From positions 2,762 to 66,761 of the forward strand of contig MERI01000231.1 in assembly GCA_001772005.1 (NCBI GenBank): DNA of 64,000 bases, written 5' to 3'. A program made the translations under genes and the position numbers. How positions within the stretch are numbered: position 1 is the stretch's first letter; each line of letters opens with the position of its first letter. Origin of the DNA: Betaproteobacteria bacterium RIFCSPLOWO2_12_FULL_62_58 (GTDB taxonomy: Bacteria > Pseudomonadota > Gammaproteobacteria > Burkholderiales > SG8-41). Of the stretch, positions 26,969-36,014 are shown one piece after another. Under the pieces are notes generated by a model. That model did no database searches. It was not told the origin of the DNA and saw only the letters and a list, made by a program, of their open reading frames with translations.

Positions 26969-27738
26969 GCGGTCGTTCCTCCATCCACGGACAGTATCGT
27001 GCCAGTAACAAAGTTGGATGCATCTGACGCAAGATAAACAGCGGCGCCCTTCAAATCATCTTCCCCGCCTGGGCGGGCCAGCGGTATCTCGCCGAGGATG
27101 TGCTCTTTGCGCTCTTCGTACCGTCCCCGGTTTCGGCTGGCAAGGAAAAAGCCGGGTGCGATTGCATTTACCAGGATGTTGTGATGCGCCCACTTCACAG
27201 CGAGGTCGCGCGTCATGTTGACCACGGCACCCTTTGTGGTGTTGTAAGCGATGGAATTGTGCACGGATGGGTCCTTGCCGCGCAGCCCCGACACTGAGGC
27301 AATATTGATGATCTTGCCGCGCTTCCGTCTGATCATTTCCCGGCCGAAGATTTGCGAACAAAGGAAGGTGCCCGTCACGTTGAGATCGATCACGTATTGC
27401 CAGCGATCGAGCGGCATCTCCTCGGGTGCGGCGAACCAGGCACGCCCCGCGTTGTTGATGAGCACGTCGACGCGACCAAAGCGAGCCATCACCTCATCCT
27501 TGAGGTGTTCTACTTCGTTCAACTGGGAAACGTCGCAGCCCGCCGCAAGCACCTCGACGCCGATCGCGCGGAGCCCCTCTGCGGCTTGCTCGCAACGCTC
27601 GGCGTTGCGGGCGCAGATGACGATATGAGAGCCCGCCTCCGCGAGGCCCCGTGCCATCTGCAGACCCAACCCGGCCGAACCGCCGGTGATAACGCTCACC
27701 CGTCCTGTGAGGTCGAAGAGTTCCCGTATCGTCGCCAT
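26962..27738 (-). CDS. Short-chain dehydrogenase/reductase (SDR)
   Basis: TGGSAGLG, NNAG and the catalytic YNTTK. Confidence 0.85.
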   Translation of the reverse strand: MATIRELFDLTGRVSVITGGSAGLGLQMARGLAEAGSHIVICARNAERCEQAAEGLRAIGVEVLAAGCDVSQLNEVEHLKDEVMARFGRVDVLINNAGRAWFAAPEEMPLDRWQYVIDLNVTGTFLCSQIFGREMIRRKRGKIINIASVSGLRGKDPSVHNSIAYNTTKGAVVNMTRDLAVKWAHHNILVNAIAPGFFLASRNRGRYEERKEHILGEIPLARPGGEDDLKGAAVYLASDASNFVTGTILSVDGGTTAW

Positions 27739-27739
27739 C

Positions 27740-29101
27740 TCACGCGTTGTCGATGATTTTCCACGAGCCAGGCTCGAACTGGATCACGCGCCGTGGCGTG
27801 GCAGAGAGTTTGTCCACCCACGGCTCACCCTCCTTCATCACCATCTTCATGTTCTCCTTGTCGCACAGCACGGCAATGTCCTTCGAGGGATCGCCGTCCA
27901 CCGCCAGGATATCGGCCAGCTTGCCGTTCTCCAGCGTGCCTAGGTCCTTGCCCAGCCACAGCGCCTCGGCCGCGTTCCTGGTCGCCGTCTGGATAGCCTC
28001 CATGGGTGCCATGCCCAAATTGACGTAAAGCTCCAGTTCCCGGGCGTTGGTGCCGATCTCCGGTTCCGGTCCCAGGTCGGTGCCCATCGCGATTTTGATA
28101 CCCGCCTGATGCATTACCTTGAAAGTCTCGAAAGTATAGGGCTGAATCTTCTTCATCTTGTCGAGAATGTTTCGTTGCGTGCCAATCTTCGCGCGCACCT
28201 CGATCGCGTGATCGGTGCGGTGCGAAAGCGTGGGCGTCACCGGAATACCGGAGTCCTTGATCATGGCGATCGACTCCTTGTCGTGAAACACCATATGCTC
28301 GATCGTGTCTACCTTTGCCCGAACGCACATCTTGTGCGATTCGGCGGTAAAGCAGTGCGCAGCAGTCGGCTTATGGAACGCGTGTCCTTCATCGACAATC
28401 GCCTCCAGTTCCTCAAGCGTCATATTGCGAACATCGGGTTCCTCGTCCGCAGTTCCGCCACCCCCCGAAACGCTGGTCTTCAATAGGTCCGCGCCGGCCC
28501 GAAGATGCTCGCGCGCAAGCGACCGTAACGCCCACGGACCGTCAGCGGTAAACGAAAGATCAAAGTTGCGCGCAGCAGCACGCGGCAGCGTCAAATCCAA
28601 ATGGGACCCCGTAATGATGGGACGACCGCAAACATGCAACCTCGGCCCCACATGAATACCCGCATTGATTGCATCGCGTACCGCACACGCCTCGAACACA
28701 AAGGGCCCGCGCGAAGTCGCACGGCCCAAATCGCGCAGTGTCGTGAACCCCATCTCTAAGCACATCTGGGCATGAAACAGCATGTAGAGCATCTGCAGCT
28801 GCGGGGTCACCTCCCAGATCGAGACCCGGTAGTTGGCAAATGACGCGCAGTTGAACGCCGCCAGATGCAGGTGGCAATCGATCAGCCCAGGCATAAGGGT
28901 GTATTTGCCGGCGTCGATCACTTGCGCCCCCTCCGGCTCCTTGACCTCCCCCTTCTTGCCAATCGCCTTGATGCGCTTGCCTTCCACAACAATCACCGGG
29001 TCCTTGGTCACCGCCCCCCCGTTGCCGTCAATCAGCCAGCCACCTCGTATGACACGAACCTTCGCCTGCGTCGCCGCAACCCCGCCCGTCGCTGCTTCCA
29101 T
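27740..29101 (-). CDS. Amidohydrolase-superfamily metallohydrolase (COG1228-like), copy 1
   Basis: The GLIDCHLHL metal motif, and a C-terminal ..GKLADILAVDGDP.. composite-domain motif. Confidence 0.8.
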   Translation of the reverse strand: MEAATGGVAATQAKVRVIRGGWLIDGNGGAVTKDPVIVVEGKRIKAIGKKGEVKEPEGAQVIDAGKYTLMPGLIDCHLHLAAFNCASFANYRVSIWEVTPQLQMLYMLFHAQMCLEMGFTTLRDLGRATSRGPFVFEACAVRDAINAGIHVGPRLHVCGRPIITGSHLDLTLPRAAARNFDLSFTADGPWALRSLAREHLRAGADLLKTSVSGGGGTADEEPDVRNMTLEELEAIVDEGHAFHKPTAAHCFTAESHKMCVRAKVDTIEHMVFHDKESIAMIKDSGIPVTPTLSHRTDHAIEVRAKIGTQRNILDKMKKIQPYTFETFKVMHQAGIKIAMGTDLGPEPEIGTNARELELYVNLGMAPMEAIQTATRNAAEALWLGKDLGTLENGKLADILAVDGDPSKDIAVLCDKENMKMVMKEGEPWVDKLSATPRRVIQFEPGSWKIIDNA

Positions 29102-29183
29102 ATGCGCCTCTCCTCTGGATAGAACTGGACAAAAAAAGTAAGTTCGCGGGGACGCACAGCCTCGATGTCACCGCCCATCACAT

Positions 29184-29236
29184 CATTTGCATACATTAAT
29201 AGTCACATTATGACTATCATTTCGCCGTTGCAAATG
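29184..29236. promoter_or_regulatory. Nested inverted repeats between the amidohydrolase operon and the IclR gene (candidate IclR operator)
   Basis: Outer arms CATTTGCA (29184..29191) and TGCAAATG (29229..29236). Inner arms ATAGTCA-cat ta-TGACTAT (29199..29217). Confidence 0.4.
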
Positions 29237-29457
29237 CGAATCCACAGTGACAATATACGCCCTGACAGTCATTGACAAGCTGATTACTCATATAGTGGAT
29301 ATCTCGTGGCGCGCAGCGACGTCAGGAGACGAAAGAAAAAACAGGCACGCAAAGCATCGATCGCACGATTGCGCTGCTCACGGAACTCGCCCTGCACGGC
29401 GCAAACGGCGCACGCGTTTCCGAACTTGCGTCCGCGCTCCGACTCGAATACCCGACC

Positions 29458-30120
29458 GTGCACCGCATGATCCGCTGCCTGGTTTCGCACCGCATGGTGG
29501 AGCGGAACGAAGCGACGCCGCGCTACTCGCTGGGCCCGCTGGTCTACGAGCTGGGTCTTAGCGTCCCGGCTAAGATGAACCTTCGCGAGATCTACGACGC
29601 GGTCACGACGAAGATCGCAGAGAGCACGGGCGACACCGTGTTCCTGAACGTGCGCAGCGGTCTCGACGTGTTGTGCATCGACCGCAAGGAAGGCACCTAC
29701 CCGATCAAGACACTCATCTTCGAGGTCGGCAATCGCCGCCCCTTGGGCGTCGGCGCAAGCGGTATCGCGCTGCTCATGCCGCTGCCCAATGACGAACTCG
29801 AATCAGTAGTACGCGCTAACTCGACGCGTCTGCAGGCGTACGGAAGCGTCAAACCAAAGAGCGTACTTGCGCTGGTAAGACAGTCGAGGGAGAGAGGTTA
29901 CGTCGTCACCGAGGACATTGTCGTGCGCGGTGTAAGCGCCATCAGCCTGCCGTTCGGCGGGGGCAAACGTGTGCCGCACGCGGCGATCAGCGTCGCTTGC
30001 GTGCCCTCCCGCATGCCGCAGGCACGCCACCGAGAACTAGTTGCCCTTTTGAAGTCCGAGATTAGGAACCTGGAGGAGATCTTTCGTTCCGCAAGCCTGA
30101 TAATCAGAAGAGTGGCATAA
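29458..30120 (+). CDS. IclR-family regulator; the ORF as it stands lacks most of the wHTH (see frameshift finding)
   Basis: Effector domain collinear with 61041..61943. The HTH-coding sequence continues in frame upstream (29296..29457) without any start codon. Confidence 0.7.
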   Translation: MHRMIRCLVSHRMVERNEATPRYSLGPLVYELGLSVPAKMNLREIYDAVTTKIAESTGDTVFLNVRSGLDVLCIDRKEGTYPIKTLIFEVGNRRPLGVGASGIALLMPLPNDELESVVRANSTRLQAYGSVKPKSVLALVRQSRERGYVVTEDIVVRGVSAISLPFGGGKRVPHAAISVACVPSRMPQARHRELVALLKSEIRNLEEIFRSASLIIRRVA

Positions 30121-30198
30121 CTGGTCATCAACCATGCCCGGAGGCAAGGCGAGGCGGCACAAGACACCAGCACAACCACAAAAGCACGAAGGAGAAAG

Positions 30199-31179
30199 AT
30201 GAGAAAATTTCACTACTTAGGGCTTTGGGCTGTTGTGCTGACCACGGGTATCTGCGTGTCCGAAATCACGCATGCTCAGAGCTATCCGTCGAAAAATATT
30301 CGCCTTACCATACCATTCCCTCCTGGAGGGGCGAGCGACATTCTTGCTCGCGCGGTTGCGGATCGCCTAACCGATTCCCTGAAGCAGCGCGTTATCGTCG
30401 ACAACCGCCCTGGCGGAGGCGGTTTGATCGCCATTGACCTGGTCGCGCACGCACCAGCAGATGGCTATTCACTTCTGCAAATTGCAGCGAGTTTTGTGAT
30501 AAACCCCAGCCTCTACAAGAAACTTCCTTATAACGCGCAAACTGATTTCAGTGCAATAAGCATACTGGCGATCGCGGACAATATTCTCGTTGCCCATCCA
30601 TCGCTGCCAACCAGGTCAGTCCGGGACCTGATTGCGCTCGCGAAAAAACGCCCTGGCCAGCTCAATTACGGGCACTCCGGATACGGAACACAGTCGTTCC
30701 TTGCAGCCGAGCTTTTCAAGCAGATGGCTGAGGTGGATGTGGTGCCTATTCCGTATAAAGGTGCCCCGGCTGCGCTGCTCGACGTGATCGCCGGACAGAT
30801 TCAGATCATATTTGCGGGTGCCCCGCCCGCGTTATCTCATGTCCGGAGTGGCAAATTGAGACCCCTCGCCGTCGGTGGGAAGAACCGTCTTCCCCAGCTG
30901 CCGGGAGTGCCTACCCTTGCCGAAACTCTGCCAGGGTTCGAAGCCAGTGTTTGGTACGGTTTTCTGGCGCCGGCAGGCACTCCTCAAGAAATAGTTGTGC
31001 GCCTGAACGCCGAGGTCAACAAAATTCTGCAGCTCCCCGCAACAAAAGAATTCCTTATGGCAAACGGCTTTCGCATTGCTAGCCCAATGACACCTGAAGC
31101 GTTTTCCGCTTACATGATTTCCGAGGGTGAAAAATGGGCGCAAGTCCTGAAGCAATCGGGGGTCAGCGCCACAAACTAG
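30199..31179 (+). CDS. Bug-family substrate-binding protein
   Basis: AAGGAG SD, signal peptide, then YPSKNIRLTIPFPPGGASD. Confidence 0.85.
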   Translation: MRKFHYLGLWAVVLTTGICVSEITHAQSYPSKNIRLTIPFPPGGASDILARAVADRLTDSLKQRVIVDNRPGGGGLIAIDLVAHAPADGYSLLQIAASFVINPSLYKKLPYNAQTDFSAISILAIADNILVAHPSLPTRSVRDLIALAKKRPGQLNYGHSGYGTQSFLAAELFKQMAEVDVVPIPYKGAPAALLDVIAGQIQIIFAGAPPALSHVRSGKLRPLAVGGKNRLPQLPGVPTLAETLPGFEASVWYGFLAPAGTPQEIVVRLNAEVNKILQLPATKEFLMANGFRIASPMTPEAFSAYMISEGEKWAQVLKQSGVSATN

Positions 31180-31224
31180 CCAGCCTGTCGCAGAGATCCG
31201 CCCTATGCTCTAAGGACTTATGTC

Positions 31225-32937
31225 ATGACGCGAAATACAGCTTCCAAGGCAAGTCACGATGACACCACGCTGCCATCCACGGGAGCACAGTGCGCTGCAT
31301 ATGCACTCAAGTCCGCGGGTATAACGAAAGTATTTGCTCTCTGTGGAGATCATGTGAACTCTCTGTTTCACGCCGTAAGCGCCACCGGAATCGAGATTGT
31401 CGGTACACGCCATGAGTCCGCCGCGGTTCAAATGGCGGACGGATGGGCCAGAGCCACCGGTCGCCCCGGTGTTGCGATTGTGACCGGCGGCCCAGGCCAC
31501 ACCAATGCAGTTACCGGCGCTGCGGTGGCGCAATATGCGCAATCTCCGGTTCTCGTCATCTCGGGACAGGCCCCCAAGGCACGGCGGGAACGCGGTGGCA
31601 ATCAGTCGCTGCATCAAGCCAACATCATGCGGCCCGTTACGAAATGGGCTGCTGAAGCGGAAGATGGCACGGGCCTTCGCGAACTCGTTACACGTGCGCT
31701 CATGGTGGCGAAAAGCGACACCCCCGGTGCAGTAAGCCTGTCTATCCCGGTCGATGTTGCGGATTCAAAGGTTGACGCTTTATTGGACGCTGCGCCGACA
31801 ATCCCTACGACGGCTTTCTGGCAGCAAGTAAGCCGCGCTCCGCTAGCACCTTCGGACGCGGATCTGGACGCAGCAGTGAAAGCACTTCACACCGCGCGAA
31901 GACCGGTGATTGTCCTCGGCGGCAACCCATTCCAGCATGCGTGCTGCGACCTTCTTGAAACAGCGGTACGCCGGCTGGGAATGCCGACCTTCACAAACGG
32001 CCACTCCCGCGGTGTTGTTGCCGATGACGGCAAGACCTGCTTTGGCTTCGCAAGAGCTCGTTTCAATAAATTATTCAGTGAGGCCTCAGAAGCTGATTTG
32101 TGGCTCGTGGTTGGCACGGCGATCGACTACAACATCGCATCGGTCGTGTCCAGATCGGCAACCGTGATTCAGATACACCACGACCCTAAGCAGATAGGAG
32201 TAGGGCGTCTACCGACACATGCTCTTGTCGGCGGCTCGGCAACCACAATAGACGCTCTTGCGAACGCGCTCCCTACAACCCCTGAAATATGGGACGCATG
32301 GCGCGCCAGATTCCAGGCAGGGTACCTTGCACAGACCGCCTACTGGGACAGAAAGACTGAAGAGGCATCCCGGTGCGGCGAGGGTATCCACCCGGCATCG
32401 CTGTGCGCCGTCCTGCGGCAGTACTGGACGGCCGACACCACGCTCGTGGTCGACGTCGGCGACTTCATCAACTGGCCTAGAGCATACTTTCCCGCCCTTA
32501 GTCCCACCAGGTACATGGATGGTGGGGCGTTGGGTAACCTGGGAGGCGCTCTGCCCATAGGAATCGGCGCCCAGATCGCCCGTCCTGAACAGCCGGTGTG
32601 GGTCTTTATCGGAGACGGCGGTTTGGGATTTTACGGTTGGGAACTTTCAATCGCAGCAGAGCATGCGCTGCCTCTCAAGGTGTTCGTTGGCAACGACCGG
32701 GCTTGGGGTACCGAGAAGCGGTTGCAGCGCAACAGCTACGAAACGGACATCGCCTGTGATCTGCCTGCCATACGTTATGACCGATTCGCGGAATTGCAGG
32801 GAGTGCGCGGCCTTCATGCCACCGACCACAGCCAGCTCACCTCAGCCGTCACGGAACTCATGGCACACGAAGGTCCTTGCCTTGTTAATTTGGAAACGAT
32901 GCAACTCGCGGGACGTCCTTACGCGGAAACCCCGTGA
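31225..32937 (+). CDS. Thiamine-diphosphate-dependent enzyme (acetolactate synthase / benzoylformate decarboxylase-like)
   Basis: N-terminal Pyr domain (RHESAAVQMADGWARATGRPGVAIVTGGPGHTNAV) and the C-terminal PP motif GDGGLGF...ND. Confidence 0.8.
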   Translation: MTRNTASKASHDDTTLPSTGAQCAAYALKSAGITKVFALCGDHVNSLFHAVSATGIEIVGTRHESAAVQMADGWARATGRPGVAIVTGGPGHTNAVTGAAVAQYAQSPVLVISGQAPKARRERGGNQSLHQANIMRPVTKWAAEAEDGTGLRELVTRALMVAKSDTPGAVSLSIPVDVADSKVDALLDAAPTIPTTAFWQQVSRAPLAPSDADLDAAVKALHTARRPVIVLGGNPFQHACCDLLETAVRRLGMPTFTNGHSRGVVADDGKTCFGFARARFNKLFSEASEADLWLVVGTAIDYNIASVVSRSATVIQIHHDPKQIGVGRLPTHALVGGSATTIDALANALPTTPEIWDAWRARFQAGYLAQTAYWDRKTEEASRCGEGIHPASLCAVLRQYWTADTTLVVDVGDFINWPRAYFPALSPTRYMDGGALGNLGGALPIGIGAQIARPEQPVWVFIGDGGLGFYGWELSIAAEHALPLKVFVGNDRAWGTEKRLQRNSYETDIACDLPAIRYDRFAELQGVRGLHATDHSQLTSAVTELMAHEGPCLVNLETMQLAGRPYAETP

Positions 32938-32956
32938 CGCGATGCCGTAACCGCTT

Positions 32957-33589
32957 GTGAAAATAATGGATATTGACCCTTCAAAGCTTGAGGAACGCGA
33001 TCAGTACAAATTGATGACCGGTTCCATCGTTCCCCGCCCAATAGCACTTGTAACTACCATGGGGCCGAAGGGCTTCAACGCGGCACCATTCAGCCTTTTC
33101 AACATGGTGGGCTCCGCGCCTTGCATGCTGATGTTCTGCGTCGGCAATCAGGGAGACGGATCGGAGAAAGGCACCCTGCAGAACATCCGTCACCTGCCCG
33201 AATTCGTTGTTCACATCTGCAACGAAAAAATCGCCGAGCGCATGAACATCTGCTCGACGGACTTCGATCATGGAATAAACGAACTCGAAAAGGCAGGCCT
33301 CACCGCATTGCCCTCGCTGCTGGTGAAACCGCCGCGTATCGCTGAAGCCCCAGTGCAGATGGAATGCCGCCTGATGAAAATCGTCGAATTCGGAACGCGG
33401 CATCACGTAGTCTTCGGCGAAATCGTCATGTTCCACTTTCATGATGGCATCGTCAACGAACGCTATCACGTGAATGTCGAGAAGCTAAACCCGATCGGTC
33501 GGCTATCGGGGTCGCTGTATACGAAGGTGCGGGAACCGTTTCGCATGGAACGACCCTTTCTCGGTGAGAGGCCGAAGCAACTGACTTAG
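32957..33589 (+). CDS. Flavin reductase-like (FMN-binding split-barrel) protein
   Basis: VPRPIALVTT....NAAPFS motif. About 205 aa. Confidence 0.75.
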   Translation: MKIMDIDPSKLEERDQYKLMTGSIVPRPIALVTTMGPKGFNAAPFSLFNMVGSAPCMLMFCVGNQGDGSEKGTLQNIRHLPEFVVHICNEKIAERMNICSTDFDHGINELEKAGLTALPSLLVKPPRIAEAPVQMECRLMKIVEFGTRHHVVFGEIVMFHFHDGIVNERYHVNVEKLNPIGRLSGSLYTKVREPFRMERPFLGERPKQLT

Positions 33590-33601
33590 GAAAGAACTGG
33601 C

Positions 33602-35008
33602 ATGGACGCTCCACAGCAGAATACCACTGTCACACGACAACCTATCACGAAACAAATCGCTGAATTCGTGCATTCGGCGACCTTTGAGAAGCTGCCGCCT
33701 GAAGTCATACAGCTCGCGAAGAACTCTTTTCTCGACACCCTGGGCCTCACTCTCGGCGGCATGACGGAGAGTGCGCCGCAGATCCTCTCCCGTTTCGTGC
33801 GGGGTCAGGGCGGAACAGGCAATGCAACAGTACTGGCGGGCAAGTTTAAGACTTCAGCGCCTTATGCCGCACTCGTCAATGGCACCGCCGGAGACATATT
33901 CGGGTGGAGTGATATCTCAGTCATTCAAATGACTCATCCTTCCGTATCGATCTGTCCCGCGGTCTGGGCGCTTGGTGAGCAGTTGCACGTCTCAGGCAAG
34001 GCCGTGCTGCTCGCCCATGTTCTTGGGCTGGAAGTTGCGGATAAGATCGGTGCGGGGGTAAAACCCGGCTTCCAGCTCAAGGGCTGGCATCCTCTCGCCG
34101 TGCTTAATACCTTCGGGTGTGCAGCGGCAGGCGGCAAACTGCTCGGGTTAAACGTGGACAAGTTATGTAATGCACTCGGCATTGCAGGTGCAGAAGCCTC
34201 CGGCATGCGCGTGGCGATGGGCACGATGAGCAAGGCGTATGGCGCAGGCCGGTCGGCTCGTGACGGCGTGACGTCCGCGCTGCTTGCGGATCTCGGCTAC
34301 ACCGGCCCGGGCGACGTGATCGAGGGCCGGGACGGATTTTTGCAGACTTTCGGCGATGGCGCGTCGGGAGCAGGCATTCTCGACAATCTCGGCGATCCAT
34401 ATGAATTTTTTTCTCCCGGCATTACCCTCAAGAAATTTCCCGCCTGCACCCGCTCGCATAACGGCATACAGGGAATGCTCGACCTCCGCAAGCGATACGG
34501 CTTCGGCTCGTTGGACATCGAATCCGTTGAATGCCTGGTGACCCCCGCGGTAGTCGACTACCTTAAATTTTCTCAGCCCAAGAGCAAGTTCGAGGCGAAA
34601 TACAGTATGGAATTCTGCCTTGCCACCGTCCTGAGGGACAATGCGGTCACCATCTCCTCCTTCAGCGATGAGCGGGTGCGCGACCCGGAACTCACCACGC
34701 TTATGAAAAAAATCAATATGAAGGTCTGGCCCGAATATGCCAAAGATGGCTACAACCCTTCCTATGCACCATACGGCTGTATCGTAAATGTAAAACTAAA
34801 GGATGGCCGTCAGTTCTCGGAGCGGGTGGACAAAGGACCGTGGGAGCCCGGCACTTCTCCAAGCTGGGATGATCTCACCGAGAAGTTCCGCGGCAATGCC
34901 GAAATGGTGCTTGACAAGCGCGTGGTGGAGCAGGCCGTCGATCTAGTGGCACGGTTGGAGCACATTGAGGATATCAGCACGCTGATGTCCCTCCTTGCCG
35001 GAAACTGA
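33602..35008 (+). CDS. MmgE/PrpD family protein (paralog 4)
   Basis: IAEFVHSATFEKLPPEVIQLAKNSFLDTLGLTLGG. Collinear with 52074..53513. Confidence 0.85.
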   Translation: MDAPQQNTTVTRQPITKQIAEFVHSATFEKLPPEVIQLAKNSFLDTLGLTLGGMTESAPQILSRFVRGQGGTGNATVLAGKFKTSAPYAALVNGTAGDIFGWSDISVIQMTHPSVSICPAVWALGEQLHVSGKAVLLAHVLGLEVADKIGAGVKPGFQLKGWHPLAVLNTFGCAAAGGKLLGLNVDKLCNALGIAGAEASGMRVAMGTMSKAYGAGRSARDGVTSALLADLGYTGPGDVIEGRDGFLQTFGDGASGAGILDNLGDPYEFFSPGITLKKFPACTRSHNGIQGMLDLRKRYGFGSLDIESVECLVTPAVVDYLKFSQPKSKFEAKYSMEFCLATVLRDNAVTISSFSDERVRDPELTTLMKKINMKVWPEYAKDGYNPSYAPYGCIVNVKLKDGRQFSERVDKGPWEPGTSPSWDDLTEKFRGNAEMVLDKRVVEQAVDLVARLEHIEDISTLMSLLAGN

Positions 35009-35077
35009 CATAATATGTTTGATTAATATACAGTCGATACAATTTATCATATTGTGGATATTTACGGGAGCTCAAGA

Positions 35078-36004
35078 ATGCTAGCTGAAAACAGCGCAGT
35101 TAAGACACGGTATGTCTACAACTTTGACGAACTCGACCGCGCCCCCGAAGGACCATGCAGCGCAACCGTAACTCCCCGAAGGCTAATTTCAGGCTCCAAG
35201 ACACTCGCGACCAGCAAGGCAACTTCCACCGGCGCGGTGATCACCGGGGAGCGGTTTCACGTGGCCTTGGTGTGGAAACCGAAGGGGACGGGATCCAAGA
35301 TCCATACCCATCCGAACGAGCAATTCAATTACGTACTGCAGGGCACTTTAATCGCGGATATCGACGGTCAAGTGCTACTGGTGCCAAAAGGGCATGTGGT
35401 TCACATCCCTGCCGGTGTTCCTCACAGCCATGTGTCGACGGCTGACCAGGATGTGCTTTTTTTCGCAGCGAAGGACACGCGTTATGGCATCACCGGGCCA
35501 GCGGTTGACGGCAAACACGATGGTCCCCGTTATCTGCCAGGTTTTTATAAACCGGATTTTGGTGCGCCCGGGAACAACCAGTGGGATGTGGGCAGTGATG
35601 GGCTACCCGAACCCCAGACAACAAATCAATCCGGTAGGAAAGTACGCTATGTATATAACTTTCATGAGCTTGAGCAAATCCTCGAAGAAAATTGCAGCGC
35701 AAAGGTGATACCGCATGGCAATCTGTCGAACCAAACTCCATCCTTTGCTGGAGCACTTGCTGGGCAAAAGGTGCGCGTCGAGTTACATCATATCGCTCGC
35801 GGTTCTGGCACCAAGCCAAGCTCTTTGCCATACGAGCAATTTTACTGGGTCCGAAAGGGAACGCTAGTTGGAGAAGTGGATGGTCAGCGCGTCCGAGTTC
35901 CAGAACTGTGTGTCTTGCATATACCAGAAGGAATCACGCATGGTATCGCGACGTTACCAGATCAAGACTTAATTTTGTACGTCGTTAAGCCAGCCGGTCA
36001 CTAG
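35078..36004 (+). CDS. Bicupin protein
   Basis: Two cupin barrels (HTHPNEQFNYVLQGTL...HIPAGVPH, and a second C-terminal barrel). ATG 35078 follows GGGAG; the ORF opens at GTG 35054. Confidence 0.7.
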   Translation: MLAENSAVKTRYVYNFDELDRAPEGPCSATVTPRRLISGSKTLATSKATSTGAVITGERFHVALVWKPKGTGSKIHTHPNEQFNYVLQGTLIADIDGQVLLVPKGHVVHIPAGVPHSHVSTADQDVLFFAAKDTRYGITGPAVDGKHDGPRYLPGFYKPDFGAPGNNQWDVGSDGLPEPQTTNQSGRKVRYVYNFHELEQILEENCSAKVIPHGNLSNQTPSFAGALAGQKVRVELHHIARGSGTKPSSLPYEQFYWVRKGTLVGEVDGQRVRVPELCVLHIPEGITHGIATLPDQDLILYVVKPAGH

Positions 36005-36014
36005 GGACAATACC

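Noticed and set aside
29272-29296. TTGACA ... TATAGT as a sigma-70 promoter for the IclR gene
   Set aside because: The hexamers are perfect or near-perfect but only 13 nt apart, outside the functional 16-18-nt spacing.
29247-29561. 104-aa plus-strand ORF upstream of and overlapping the IclR gene
   Set aside because: The Arg/His-rich translation has no motifs. Its 3' part is an alternative frame of the IclR HTH-coding sequence. It is only relevant as part of the frameshift discussion.
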